Source of the DNA: the human T2T-CHM13v2.0 reference genome, Homo sapiens | Assembly: GCF_009914755.1 (NCBI RefSeq) | Contig: NC_060925.1 | Length of the DNA stretch: 64,000 bases | Direction: 5' to 3' (one strand) | Shown: positions 1-13,356 of the stretch, piece by piece | Layout of the letters: every line of letters starts with the position of its first letter | How positions within the stretch are numbered: the stretch's first letter is position 1 | The notes under the pieces: generated by a model | Told to the model about the DNA's origin: nothing | Seen by the model: only the letters and a program-made list of their open reading frames with translations | The model's database searches: none | Translations under genes and position numbers: made by a program

Positions 1-157
1 ACAGATTCATCCTCTTAGAGCCCTCAGAAGTGTCCAACCCTGCTGACAACTTGATTTCAGATTTCTAGACTCCAAAACTATGAGAGAATAAATTTCTATT
101 GTTTTAGGTAACCTGTTTGTGATTTCTCTGTACTGGCATTCGTAGGAAATTAATACA
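1..157 (+). mobile_element. 3' end of an MaLR LTR (MLT1-type), cut by the window edge
   Basis: ccctgctgacaacttgatttcagatttctagactccaaaactatgagagaataaatttctattgtttta...ggaaattaataca resembles the MLT1 3' end, with AATAAA and terminal ACA. Confidence 0.7.
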
Positions 158-224
158 TCCAATATATCCTATAGAAAATAAGTAGATATAAAAACAGAAA
201 TTAAGAAAAGCATGAGATTCACCC

Positions 225-500
225 TTTCAACAACATTTATGAAGCCTGGCTATGTGTTGATCACTGGGGCTACCACAGTGACCAGAATAAAGAAAGCCCG
301 TGTCCATACAGGTCATAGTGAGTGTGATCAGATGATGATTATAAAACACTTTATGTCATAATAGGATAAACATTTTGGAGAAAAGTAAGTCAAAGAAGGG
401 TGTTAGAAATGCACTAGTATGTTCACCTTTGAATAAAGTAGTCAAGGGAAACCTCACACATCTAATGGCTTTTGGCAAAGACTCTGAGCAAGTGAGAAAG
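225..500 (-). mobile_element. old L2 fragment
   Basis: ttcaacaacatttatgaagcctggctatgtg resembles the reverse complement of the L2 3' end; boundaries approximate. Confidence 0.45.
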
Positions 501-2778
501 ACACCAGATCACAGGAAAGGGTTGTACGTATATAAATTCCACAAAATGAAATGCAATAAATAGAACATACACAGAGAAAATAGAAATGTGTGGAAGATTT
601 TGGGAAAACATAGGGTTTTCTAATTTAGAGTTATGTTTCTTGTATGTTGTGGCATTAAGTTTTTATTGTGTGAGATAATAATAAATGTATGAGCAAAGCC
701 AATATGTGAAGGGAGATTATTCCAGGCAGTAAAAAATGATGTCATAAACAGAAAGACAAGCCTGGTGAGTAGACTCACTTGACAGAAATGTACTTTTTTC
801 ATTTATTCATGCATCACATTTTAATGAAGAGACTGAAAACAACAACATCAATGAAAGGTGAAAAATCTAGGAGCAGCAAGGAAGTTAGAAGAAATCTGCA
901 GAAGAGAAGGAATCTGGAATTTGTCCTCATGGGTTGAAATACAATTTTTTCAATAGGGAGGTAGTAAAGTATACCTTTTTGAGTTTTATTTATTTATATT
1001 AATTGTGAATAATATTGGTAAGAAAGAAAAAAAATACTCGAGCAGAGTTTTAAGTTTTCATTCAAGAACAACCTAACAAAACATGCCTCTTCAGTGCAGG
1101 GAAGACAGAGAAGGAATCTCCATAAGAGACTCTCATGAGATTAGAATGGCAATCTCTAAAATAAAAACAAATCATTTTTGTCAATCAGCATGAAGAGAGA
1201 AACAGGCTTCAACCTCCTCCCTTTCTGATTTTAAAACAAATGGTTATCAAGAAGTTGGATAAACCTGATCAGTGGTAGCTCAGATCCAGGTCCAGTCAAT
1301 GTCTTGAGAATGAGAAATAGGCATCTCTGGGATCTTCAGTGTTGGGGGTTTCCTACCAAAGGGTTCCCTTGTGTTGTCCTCAAGAGGAGGTGGGCTTTTA
1401 AGGTCAATCAGGGGAAAAGACGTTGTATTGCCTCAATAATTTCCAGTGCTTATGAGCTGAATTCGCTTCAAGAAAATAACTCATCTCAACTTACTTTATG
1501 GAACCACCTATTTCGACCATCATACTGTAGCTGTCCCAGTTTTCTTGATCTTGTCAACTGTTACAATACACAATTTATCCAAACTAAACTGTATTACCTC
1601 AAATTTCCACCATAATTTTTCTTTAACTCAGTCTGAAATATTACTCCAAGAAGGAAGCTATGTGGTCAAGTTCGCTTCTCCCTATGCTTCTTTTTCAGTT
1701 GGCAAAGTGTTCTTTACATTTGGGAAACACTACTTCCAAGTCACTAAGTTGAGATAAAATGGTGATTAATTCTACTTGATCACTTAGACATTTCTACCAT
1801 ATGTTTTACATTCCATTGAATGATGCAGCATTAAAACAAAATTGATTACAAATGTAAGTCTACATATCCCTCTGAATTGTCTCAGTCACATTAGTTTAGG
1901 CTGAACTTATATAAATGCACTCTTATTTGTCTCGTATTTTTCACCTCCTTTCATTGCCTCAAAATTCTCTTCATACCCACGTGCTAAAATTGCCTTCCTT
2001 GATTTTGTGCTGTCACAGAGAATGTGGCAAGATATAACACAAATTTATAACAGTTTATAAGTGATAAAATTGAAAATATTGAGCACTAGATTGCCCTATG
2101 CCTTCTATATTAAGATCCATATGAACATTCATTCAATAAAATTCTATAAAGAAAAATAATATTGTTTCTAATGAGAAATTTGACATTTCTTCTAAGTTAG
2201 TAAGATACATATGACAGATTGTGCTTACCTTTAGGCACCAGGAATATGAGACCCAATCCTGAAGCTCAGTGTAAGTTATCCAGGATATAAACAATCTGAA
2301 AATGCAGTGAAGATAACATTGGGATTCCAAGAGGTATTTGTATATATTCCTATAAAAATGGATCTGTGGTGAAATATATTTGCAACTCCAAGTTATCCAG
2401 GACTCTTCACTGCCAAAAAAAAAAAAAAAGCAGAACATTTAGAGCTTCAGCTCTGTACTAGGAGGAACATAAAAAGCAGCTTTTTCAGAATGGCTCTGAA
2501 ATTATGACATCTTGTTTTTTATTTTTTTAGAATACCTATTGATATTTCAAAGGTATTCACATAATGAGGTACAACATTTTGAACTCTGCATTAGACATTG
2601 CCTACCAAGTATTTTTCCCTTAGTTGTAATTTTATGCTTCTAATTTTATTTATTTTATCTAATCTACATTGTTTCTGTTGTAATAAACTCCATCATTTTG
2701 TAAAAAGATGGTGCATAGATTCAGTATTTTTAAATGTCTTTTTCATATATTAACCTCATCACATCTGGAAGAGGAGTC

Positions 2779-2933
2779 ATCAGATTTCATTACACTGTGA
2801 TACTGTGCACATGCCCAGAGCAATATATTGTAACACAAAATCCATGAAAATCATGGTCAGATTTTATGACACTGTGATAACTGTGCACAGGCCAGAGCAA
2901 TAGTAACAAAGAAACCATGAAAATCTAGGTGAG
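2779..2933. repeat. diverged tandem duplication, 2 x ~77 bp
   Basis: cagatttcattacactgtgatactgtgcacatgcccagagcaata...ccatgaaaatc at 2781 recurs as cagattttatgacactgtgataactgtgcacaggccagagcaata...ccatgaaaatc at 2858. Confidence 0.8.
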
Positions 2934-3582
2934 AAATTGAGAAGGCACTGAGTGAGATGATGGAAAAGAGGCATCAAGAGGCCAGAATTTGACCAAAAAA
3001 AAAAAAAAAAAAGTAAAGCATTACGTGAAATAATGTCAGACAGCATGTGTAATCCACTGTGTAATCAACTGAAGTTGCTAAAATGACTTTACCCTTTTGT
3101 AATAGGAATAATCAGGAAATAAAACAAAAAATCTCTCATATTAGCAAAATGAGCATAGCAGTTTTATTTGTAATATGAAAATGCAACCTGCATGTGCACT
3201 GGCAATGGAATTTATAACTATAACTACAAGAAGTAGCATTCATGAATCTCACAAATAGAATGTTGAATGAACAAAGTAGATCACAGGGAATGCCCTCATG
3301 AATCCTATTATAGTAATTTAAACATACATATAGAAACCATTTATTAAGTGCAGCAATCCTGGAATAATGATTACCTGCAAAATGGGCTTGAAAGTTTACA
3401 CAATGAGAGAGAATTGAAGTGTTTTTTCAAAAGCATTGGTAATATTTTAAAGGATTTTACAAAATGTATATCTACCATATTTTTTAATAAACATTTTTGT
3501 ATACTTGAACTTTAATAAAATATATGTAAATATATGTAAATGTCTTAGAAGAGCACATGACAAATGTAAAGCATTCATTACT

Positions 3583-3923
3583 ACAGGTCCAGGATTCCTT
3601 ATCCAAAATGCTTATGACCAGATGTGTTGCAGATTTCAGACTTTTTCAGACTTTGGAATATCTACATGTAGATAAAGAGATATCCTAGGAATGGACTCCA
3701 AGTGTAGAGACAAAATTCATTTATGTTCGATGTATACCTTATACACATAGTCTGAAGGTAGTTTTATGCCATATTTTAAAATAATTTTGTGTAAGGGAGA
3801 AAGTTTGTGTACACTAAACCATCAGAAAGCAGGAATGTCACAATCTCATGTCAGCACTCAAAAAGATTCCGATTTTGGAGTACTTTGGATATTAGATTTT
3901 TGGTTTAGGGATTCTCATCCTGC
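3583..3923. mobile_element. TcMar-Tigger non-autonomous DNA transposon (Tigger4/MER46-like)
   Basis: Imperfect terminal inverted repeats (cagg...ccttatccaaaatgc / ...tagggattctcatcctg) and characteristic internal sequence. Confidence 0.75.
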
Positions 3924-4989
3924 ATGAGCTACAATTATTAAAAGAAAAGAGAATGTGGTCAAAACATTCAAATCACATCCAGTTCTCATCTTTTACTTTT
4001 CTCCTCTGATTCCTATTCACTGTCAATTTCTTTCTCAAATCTAGAATACCAGGATATGAAAAACAAAAAATATTGTATTTTATACAATCTTTCATATTGA
4101 TAAGCTGGGAGAGGTAACCACTCATTCTGCCTCAAGTTGTACCACATTTCTCAAAGTAATATTGCACGAATAAAGTAGAACAATGTTTATAAAATTCTTA
4201 GCACACAAATGACGTAAGAAATGAGATCAATCATCACCATGTTCAGCAGAAATTTTCACACTAGCTTATAAACAGTCTTGTTTAACTTACCTCTTAGTAC
4301 TGATCTGAATAGTGTGTATTTTCAATGAGACTGTAGGTTCCTGGGAAGGCAAAAATATATAAATATCTTACATGTCTTTATATTTCCATCATCAGAAGAA
4401 AAGCACCTAACTTACAATGGGTATCTTTATTGTTATTGAAAAATCAAAGGACACAAAAATTTAAATTTTTAGCTCTTGGGGAATCCATTCCCTTGTCTTT
4501 AATTATCGAAGTTTGTATTTCCTTCTATCTCCTCTTCTAGGTCGTGAAGCAGAATTAGCTTCCTTTTCTTGAAAATACTACAAAGATAATGATGACTCTT
4601 TCCTTGCAGATTAGTGTAAACTTTCTGAAACCTCTCCTTCCTCTCTCTCACATGATGAGGTAAAAAACACCAAGTGCTTTCTGTGCAACTGGCACTGTGG
4701 TTTAAAAAAAAAACGGTTTGTAAATTCACATAACACCTACAACCATCGTGTGTACCAGATACCCTTATTAGACACCTGAATATATTATTATATATTATCT
4801 TTAATTATATTCTCATTTTTTTGCATGATGAAACTAAGGGCAGAAGCTTAAGTAAATTCCCCGAAGTTGCAAATTCAGTAGCAAATGGCAGTCAGGGCGT
4901 TCCAGAGCTGGTTCGTCCCTCTTCTATGGCTTATCTTCACTCTCCCTTCTGCTCCATCATCAAAACAAGATATGCTTAGGTAGAATTGG

Positions 4990-5640
4990 CATTTTTAACA
5001 TCTTGATGTTCTCAACATAATTCTAATTTTATTTATATGTTCCTTATATGTTTTCTACCCCTTAAAACTACTGTATATATTTTCTGTAAAATTTATTCTT
5101 ATTAAATAGAAATGTTCATGGGTATTTTATATTTTGTTGCTCTAGTGTATGGAATATTGTTTCCATTACTTTTTCTATTTGTTTTTGTTAATATGTAGAA
5201 ATCTATTAATTGTTTGTAGATCTTGAATCTTAGAATGTCGTTTTTTATTTTTGTATTTCTTATTGCAGAGAAAAATGTTACATACAATGCATAAAACGAC
5301 TTAACAACTTCATATTTCTTTCCAATCTTATCTATTTTTTCTTACATCACTTGATTAAAATATATATAATTAAAAGGTTGAAGAATAATATTAGTGAGTA
5401 GGTGACCTTTAGCAATTATGGTTCACCATTGGGTATAGTGTTTGTCTGAGGTTTTGGTAGATATATTCACCAATTTAGCAAAATCCTATTTTATTTCTTT
5501 TACCAATGCTTTGTTCAACAAATGTTCACTGAATCATATTGAATGATGCCCTGCTTTTACTGAGATAATTGTATTGTTTTTCTTAAATTGTTCTAAGCCT
5601 GAATTACAATGATAGCTATTTTGTATCTTTAGAAATATTT
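4990..5640 (-). mobile_element. old L1M ORF2 fragment
   Basis: T-rich decayed antisense L1 sequence; weak L1-like peptide in ORF 5102-5287. Confidence 0.5.
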
Positions 5641-5710
5641 CACCGGAAGAGAATGTATAAAATACTAAATGCCAATGTACTCATCACCAGCTTAGAATAA
5701 AATATTAGAA

Positions 5711-5940
5711 GCCGGGCATGTTGCCTCACACCTGTAATCCTGGCGGTTTGGGAGGTTGAGGCGGGCAGATCACTTGAGGCCAGGGGTTCAAGACCAGCCT
5801 GGCCAATATGGTGAAACTCTGTCTCTACTAAAAATACAAAAATTAGCCAGCATGGTGGCACAGGCCTTTAATCTTAGCTACTTGGGAGGAGACTCTCTTG
5901 AACTTGGGAGGTGGAGATTGCAGTGAGCTGAGATGGCACG
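5711..5940 (+). mobile_element. AluS, internally deleted and 3'-truncated
   Basis: gccgggcatg...cctgtaatc...aaaaatacaaaaattagcc...gcagtgagctgagat; ends abruptly with no poly-A. Confidence 0.9.
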
Positions 5941-5944
5941 ATTA

Positions 5945-6323
5945 ATATTAAAGAGTATTAAACCACATGGTTACAAGGTCCCACAGTCGGTCCTCTGAAG
6001 CTGAGGAGCAAGGAAGCCAGTTCGAGTCCCAAAGTTGAAGAACTCGGGACAGTTTGAGGGCAGGAATCATCCAGCACGGGAGCGAGGTGTAGGTGTGGGA
6101 AGCCAAGCCAATCTAGGCCTTTCACATTCTTCTGCCTGTTTTTTATTCTGGCAGAGCTGGCAGCTGATTAGATTCTGCCCACCCAGATTAAGAGTGTGTC
6201 TGCGTTTTCTGACACACTGACCCAAATGTAAGTCTCCTTTGGTGACACCCTCAAAAATACACCCAGGATCAATACTTTGCATCCTTCATCCAATCAAGGT
6301 GACATTCAGTATTAACCATCACA
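5945..6323 (-). mobile_element. MLT2A-type (ERVL) LTR, partial
   Basis: Minus strand begins tgtgatggttaatactgaatgtcaccttgattggatgaaggatgcaaagtattgatcctgggtgt, the MLT2A 5' end. Confidence 0.85.
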
Positions 6324-7096
6324 ACAGAAAATACAAAACTGCAGTTATTACATTGATTTGTATCTAGCAACATTACTAAATTTACATTTAGTAATCTAAA
6401 TTTAGCATTTGAATGTAAATGCTAAAAGAATTTTATTATCTTTAGCAGTACTTTTTTTGCATCTTACTAAACTTTTCAAGCCAGGATCAACTAGTAGTCT
6501 TCAATTTTACATTTTCTAGTGGAGAAAATATAAATTGCTTCTTGTACTATGGAAAATGTAATTTTAATTTTATAACAAATGATATCTTTATTCAGATATT
6601 ATGTAGTTTTAAAGCTTTTTTGGAAACATTCTCAAAGTTATTCAAAAGTTGCAATAACTACACAAAATTTTTCTTCTCTGAACCATTGGAGATTTGATCC
6701 ATTGCTCTCTAATATCTTAGTGGCTTTCCTACAGAAAGAGATCTTTCTCCTACTGCCCAAATCATGAAGCTATCCTCAATACTTTACCACCCTCTGGTCC
6801 ACAGACCCCATTAAATTTTTCCAACTATCCCAATAATGCCTCTCATATAGCAAAATAATCAAAGTCAGGTGATGAGTTGCCTTTCTTTGTTATGCCTCTT
6901 AAGTGTCCCTTACTCAGGAAAAGTACCTGATTCTGTCTTTAATGAGATACTGTTTTTTAGTTTTGTTTTTAGTTCTTGTGATAAAATATACATAATATTA
7001 AATAATCTTAATTATTTTTAAGTATACAGTTCAATAATGTAAAGTACATTGACATGGTTGAACAAACAATCTCCAGACATTTTTCATTATATGCAA

Positions 7097-7441
7097 CAAG
7101 GGTCTCCAACCCTCGGGCCACAGAGGTGTGCTGGTCAATGGCCTGTTAGGAACCAGGCTGCACAGCAGGAGGTCAGCAGAAAGCAGGCATTGCTGCCTGA
7201 GCTCTGACTCTTGTCAGATCAGCACTAGCATTCAATTCTCATAGGAGCCTGAACCCTATTGTGAACTATGCATGGGAGGGATCTAGGTTCCTGGCTCCAT
7301 ATGAGAAGCTAATAAATGACTGATGATCTAAGGTGGAAGAGTTTCATCCTGAAACCATCTCCTGCCAGCCCCTGCCACATCAGTGGAAAAATTGTATTCC
7401 ATGAAACCACTCCCTGGTGCCTAAAAGGTTGGGGACTGCTG
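7097..7441. mobile_element. MER1B-like hAT-Charlie DNA transposon
   Basis: Terminal inverted repeats caagggtctccaacc / ggttggggactgctg; internal ggcctgttaggaaccaggctgcacagcaggagg. Confidence 0.85.
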
Positions 7442-7613
7442 GTAGATGACATTGAACTGTACCCTCTAAACAAAAACCACACAATTCCTTTCTTTCCTTA
7501 CCTTTGGCAGCCACCATTCTACTGTCCATCTCTATGAATTTGAGGTTCCCTAGGTACCTCATATAAGTAAAATCACACCATATTTGCCCATTTGTAACTG
7601 GCTTATTCTATTT

Positions 7614-8358
7614 TGTGAAACGGTTTCCTTGTCTGGGGTAAATACCTACCTGAGGTTCATTGTCTCAGGGTCAAGGAAATCAAGGATGTGGACACACAAA
7701 GAGTGAGGTTAAGAGTGGAACTTCAATAGGTGAAAGAAAGAGAATAGTTCTCTTGCTGCAGAGAGGGGTCCCAGAGAAATTAGTACCAGATCTGTGGTAA
7801 AAGGCAAGGTTTTTATGGATGCCTGGGGAAGAGGTGGTGTTTGATTTACATAGGGGACAGATGATTGGTTGGACCAGGTGTGCTATTTGCATAGGGTGCA
7901 AAAAACTGGTTAGAAGTAAGTGTGCCATTTGCATAGGGCATGAATTGCTGACCACCTCCACTCTAATCTTTTATTATGCAGGCTAATTTTTGTATTTTTA
8001 GTACAGACAGTGTTTCACCATACTGGCCAGGCTGGTCTTGAACTCCTGGCCTCAATTGGTCTGCACCATGTAGCCCATTCCTTTATTGTACTTGTGATAA
8101 CAAAAAAAAGGGAGGATGGAGCCTCCATTTTGGACTTGCCTGGCCCCCAGGTAGCCCTTTTTTCTATTGGCATAGCAGCCAGCATTTCCTCGTGCAAGCT
8201 TCCGCTGGCATATCCGCGTTTGCAGCTCTGATTTTTCAGACTGCTCTTTGTTTAAAAAAATAATTTCTTGGGCTGCTTTTAGTTAAAAGGAAAGCTCTGC
8301 TGAGGACTCTTTTACCATCACTATCTGACTAAATAATTTCTTTCTAACTCCTGTATCA
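7614..8358 (-). mobile_element. ERV1 solo LTR (MER50-like) containing a short Alu fragment
   Basis: TG...CA ends; minus strand begins tgatacaggagttagaaagaaattatttag; subfamily from memory. Confidence 0.7.
7981..8055 (-). mobile_element. ~75-bp internal Alu fragment
   Basis: ggctaatttttgtatttttagtacagacagtgtttcaccatactggccaggctggtcttgaactcctggcctcaa. Confidence 0.85.
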
Positions 8359-8854
8359 TGATAGCCTCAAAGTTTACCCATGTTATATAGCATGTATCAG
8401 AATTTCATTTTTAAAGCTAAATATTTTTCCATTGTCTGGATCCACCACAGTTTGTTTATCCATTCATTTATTGATGAACACTTGGGTTGCTTCCACCTTT
8501 TTGCTACTGAAAATAATGTTGCTATACTATTGAAAATAATGTTGCTATAAACATGAGTGTACAAATATCTCTTTTAATTCCTCCTTTCAAATTTTTGGAG
8601 TATGTACCCAGAAATGAAATTGCTGGATCATATGAAAATTCTGCAATATTTTTAATGTATCTACCATAATGTTTTCCCTAGCAGCAGCACCACCTTACAC
8701 TCCTATATTTCCATCAACAGTGCACGAGTGTTCCATTTTTTCTACATCCTTGCCAACATTTGTCTTTTTCTGTATTGTTAGTTGGTTTTTATAGTAGCCA
8801 TTCTTACTGGTGTGAAGTGTTATCTTACCGTGGTTTTGATTTGCATTCCCCTAG

Positions 8855-9217
8855 TGTCTTAGACTATTCAGACTGCTATAACAAAATACCATAACCTGGG
8901 TAGTTTATAAACAACAGGAAATTATTTTTCATAATTCTGAAGAATGGGAAGTCCATGACCAAGTTACTGGCAGATTGGATGTCTTCTAAGGGCCCACTTA
9001 TTGGTGTATAGATAGTGACTTCTTCTTGTATCTTCACATGGCAGAAGGTGCTAGCTAGCTCTCTGGGGTCTTTTTAATGAAAGCACTTATCCCACTCATG
9101 AGGGCATCCCTCATGAACTAATTATCTCCCCAAGGCCTCATCTTCTAATACCATCACCTTGAAAATTAGAATTTCAACATATGAATGGGGGTGGGGGTAT
9201 AAGTGGTGAGTACATTG
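8855..9217 (-). mobile_element. MaLR LTR (MST/MLT1A-type)
   Basis: tgtcttagactattcagactgctataacaaaataccataacctgggtagtttataaacaacag...atttcaacatatgaat. Confidence 0.8.
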
Positions 9218-10290
9218 CACCTAATGATAAGAGATGTTGAATACCTTTTCATGTGTTTATTGACCACTTGTACATCATTTTTGGAGGAAATGTCTCTTCT
9301 GTCATTTTCCCATTTTGGAATAGGATTATTTGTTTTTATGTTGTTGAGTAGTAGCAGTTTGTTTTATATATACTGGAAATTATGCACTTGTTGGATATAA
9401 GATTTGCAAATATTTGCTTCTATTTTATGAAATTTCTTTTCACTCTATTGATTGTGATTTTATGCATGAAAATTTTAAATTTAATGTACACTAATTTATC
9501 AATTTTTTTGTTCCCAAAACTTTTGGTGTCATATCCAATAAATCATTGCCAAATCCAGTGTCATGAAACTTTCTCCCTATGTACTTTTCTAAAAGTTTTA
9601 CACTTGTCATTATTAAATTTAGAATTTGGTCCATTTTTTAAAATCTTAACACATAATAACTGTACATACTTATAGGATTCAGAGTGATACTTCAATACAT
9701 GTATACACTGTGTAATGATAAAATCAATGTAGTTAGCATATTTATTAGCTCCAAACTTTTATTATTTATTCATGTTGTAAACATTCAATATCCTCTCTTC
9801 TAGCTTTTAGAAAATATACATTATTGTTAATCGTATTCAACCTAGATAACTATAGAACACTAGAACTGATTCCTTTTCTCTAGCTGTAGCTCTTTATGTA
9901 CTTTTTTAAAAATTTACTTCAGTAGTTTTTTAGGGATGAGTGGTCTTTGGTTACATAGATAAGTTCTTTTATGGTGATTTCTGAGATTTTGGTGGACCCA
10001 TTACCCAAGCAGTGTGCACTGTACCTGGTGTGTAGTTTTTTCATGCCTCACCACCCTCCCACCCTTCCCCTGACTCCCCAAATTCCATGATATCATGCTT
10101 ATGCCTTTGCACCCTCATAGCTCAGTTCCCACTTGTGAGAACATGTGATATTTGTTTTTTTATTTCTGAATAATGATCCTAGAATAATGATCTCCAGCTC
10201 CACCCAAGTTGCTGCAAATGATATTTCATTCTGTTTTATGGCTGAGTAGTATTCCAAAGTATATATTTACTACATTTTCTTTATCCACTG

Positions 10291-10643
10291 TTTCATGCGC
10301 ATCCATGTGAAGGGACCAGCAAACAGGCTTTGTGTGAGCAATAAAGCTTTTAATCACCTGGGTGCAGGCGGGCTGAGTCCGAAGAGTCAGCGAAGGGAGA
10401 TAAGGATGGGGTCATTGTAAAGGATTTGGGTAGATAAAGGAAAATTACAGTCAAACGGGGGTTGTTCTCTGGCAGGCAGAGGGGTCACAAGGTGCTCAGT
10501 AGGGGAGCTTTTGAGCCAGGATGAGCCAGAAGAAGGAAGTTCACAAGACAATGTCATCAGTTAAGGCAGGAACCAGCCATCTGGATGTGTACGTGCAGGT
10601 CACAGGGGATATGATGGCTTAGCCTGGGCTCAGAGGCCTGACA
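10291..10643 (-). repeat. HERV-H 3' LTR (LTR7-type), 353 bp
   Basis: Minus strand tgtcaggcctctgagcccagg...gcgcatgaaa; preceded by purine tract aagaagacaggaa (10644-10656). Confidence 0.95.
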
Positions 10644-11090
10644 TTCCTGTCTTCTTATATTAATAAGAAAAATAAAATGAAATAGTGGTAAAGTGTTGGG
10701 ACAGTGAAAATTTTTGGGGGTGGTATGGAGAGATAATGGGTGATGTTTCTCAGGGCTGCTTCCAGTGGGATTAGGGGCAGCATGGGAACCTAGAGTGGGA
10801 GAAATTAAGCTGAAGGAAGATTTTGTGGTAAGGGGTGGTATTGTGGGACTGTTAGAAGAAACATTTGTCATTTAGAATTATTGGTGATGGCCTGGATACA
10901 GTTTTGTATGAATTGAAAAACTAAACAGAGTAAGAGAAGGAGAAAAACAGGTATTAAACGTCTAAGAATTGGGAGGACCTAGTATATCTAATTAGAGTGC
11001 CTAAGGAGATTCAGCATAGTCCTGCCAGCAAAGATTATTTATTTACTTCAAGAGTTAACAGTGGCAGTTTGGAGATAGCACCAGGAGATA

Positions 11091-11477
11091 TCAGCTGTGA
11101 TGGCTTGGAGAAACAGTGTAAACCGGCAGTGTAAACAAGAGCAGGGCATGTATGAATAGTTGAGAATGGTGAATACGAGTATGACTAAACAGAAGATAGT
11201 GTGGAAGACAAGATTTTTGGGGCACAGTCCAAGTCGGTCTGGTATCTGGAATGAGACTGGGGCCTAATAAAAAGGAGTGTCCATACAGGAGCTCAAATGG
11301 GCTGTACCCTATAGCATTCCAAGGACAGGCCTGAATTCTGAGAAGGGAAAGTGCTAAAAGTATTGTCCAGTCCTCTTTAAGTTGGTGGCTGAGCTTGGTG
11401 AGGTGTGTTTTTAAAAGACCGTTAGTCTGTTCTACCTTTCTGAAGACTGAGGACTGTAAGGGATATAAAGTTTTCAC
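11091..11477 (-). pseudogene. HERV-H pol integrase remnant
   Basis: PLQSSVFRKVEQTNGLLKTHLTKL...LLRIQACP...GYSPFELLYG resembles the gammaretroviral integrase core. Confidence 0.85.
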
Positions 11478-13356
11478 TGAATACTAAGAACCTGAAAAAA
11501 TGCTTGGCTGATTTGACTAATAAAGGCCAGTCTGCTATCAGACTGTATAGAGGTGGGAAGGCCAAACCAAGGAATTATGTCTGACAGAAGGGAAGAAATG
11601 ACTGCGGTGGCCTTCTTAGACCCTGTAGGAAAGGCCTCTACCCATCCAGTGAAAGTGTCTACCTAGACTAAGAGGTACGTTAGTTTCCTGACTTGGGGCA
11701 TGTGAGTAAAGTCAATTTGCCAGTCCCGGGCAGGGGCAAATCCCCGAGCTTGATGTGTAGGAAAGGGAGGAGGCCTGAACAATCCCTGAGGGGTGGTAGA
11801 ATAGCAAATGGAACACTGAGAAGTGATTTCCTTGAGGACAGATTTCCAGGATGGAAAGAAAATAAGAGATTCTAAGAGACGGGCTAGTGGCTCGTAACCT
11901 ACATGGAAGAGGTTATGAAATGACGACAGAATAGAATGGGCCTGTGAGGCTGGAAGGAGATATTTTCCTGGGTCTAAGAACCTTTGCCTTGTGTGGGAAA
12001 AGACTGATAGGTGGAAGTTTCAGCGGGGGAGTAGATGGGAGTGACTGATGTGAAGGAGAAAAACTGGTGTGAGGGACAGAAGTTGGAAAGCTAGCTGCTT
12101 CTTTAGCTACCTTATCAGCATAAGCATTGCCCTGAGCAATGGGATCTGATGCCTTTTGATGGCCTTTGCACTGAATGACTCCATCTTCCTTTGGAAGTAA
12201 AGCAGCCTTGAGCAGAGTTTTTATTAAAGAAGTGTTAATGATGGAGGACCCTTGTGTAGTGAGGAAACCTCTTTCAGCCTATATGACTGCATGGTGGTGC
12301 AGAATATGAAAGGCATATTTAGTCAGTATAAATATTGACACGTAGTCCTTTTGCAAGAGTGAGGGGCTGAGTTAAGGCAACTAGTTCGGCTTGCTGAGAG
12401 TTGGTGGAGGGGGGCAGAGAAGTAGCCTCAATGATAGACGTGGAAGATACTATAGCATAGCCTACCTTTGCTGGTGAGTGGCGATTAGGCCTGGTGGAAC
12501 TGCCATCAATAAACTAAATGTGATCAGGGTGAGCAACAGGAAAGAAGGAAATATGGGGAAATGGGGTGAATGTCAGGTGGATCAGAGAGATAGTCATGAG
12601 GGTCAGGTGTGGTATCCAGAATAATGTGGGAGGCCGGATTGAAGTCTGGGCCAGGAACAATGGTAATTATGGGAGACTCAACAAAGAGTGAGTACAGCTG
12701 AAGGAGCCAGGGAGCAGAAAGTATATGCGTCAGGTATGAGGAAGAAAATAGATTTTGGAAGTTATGAGAAATGTTGAGAGTGAGTTGAGCATAGTTTGTG
12801 ATTTTTAGGGCCTCTAAAAGTATTAAAGCAGTGGCAGCTGCTGCATGCAGACATGAAGGCTAGGCTAAAACAGATCAAGTTGTTTGGACAGAAAGGCTAC
12901 AGGGTGTGGTCCTGGCTCTTGTGTAAGAATTCTGATGGCACTAACCATGCCTAGGAAGGAAAGGAGCTGTTGTTTTGTAAGGGATTGAGGTTTGGGAGAT
13001 TAATCGGACACAATCAGCAGGGAGAGCACATGTGTTTTTATGAGAATTATGCCGAGATAGGTAACAGATGAGGATGAAATTTGGGCTTGACTGAAGTAAT
13101 GGGGGCTGTCTGTGAAGGCTTGCGGCAGTACAGCACAGGTAATTTGCTGAGCCTAATGGGTGTCAGGGTCAGTCCAAGTGAAAGCGAAGAGAGGCTGGAA
13201 TGAAGGGTGCAAAGGAATAGTAAAGAAAGCATGTTTGAGATCCAGAACACAATAATGGGTTGTGGAGGGAGGTATTGAGGATAGGAGAGTATACGGGTTT
13301 GGCACCACGGGGTGGATAGGCAAAACAATTTGGTTGATAAGGCACAGATTCTGAAC

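Larger units (their letters stand above)
6955..9635 (-). mobile_element. L1MB-type 3' region, interrupted by MER1B, a MER50-like LTR and an MST LTR
   Basis: Antisense L1 3'UTR/ORF2 sequence (aagtatacagttcaat..., gtatgtacccagaaatgaaattgctggatcatatg) resumes across each insertion. Confidence 0.75.
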
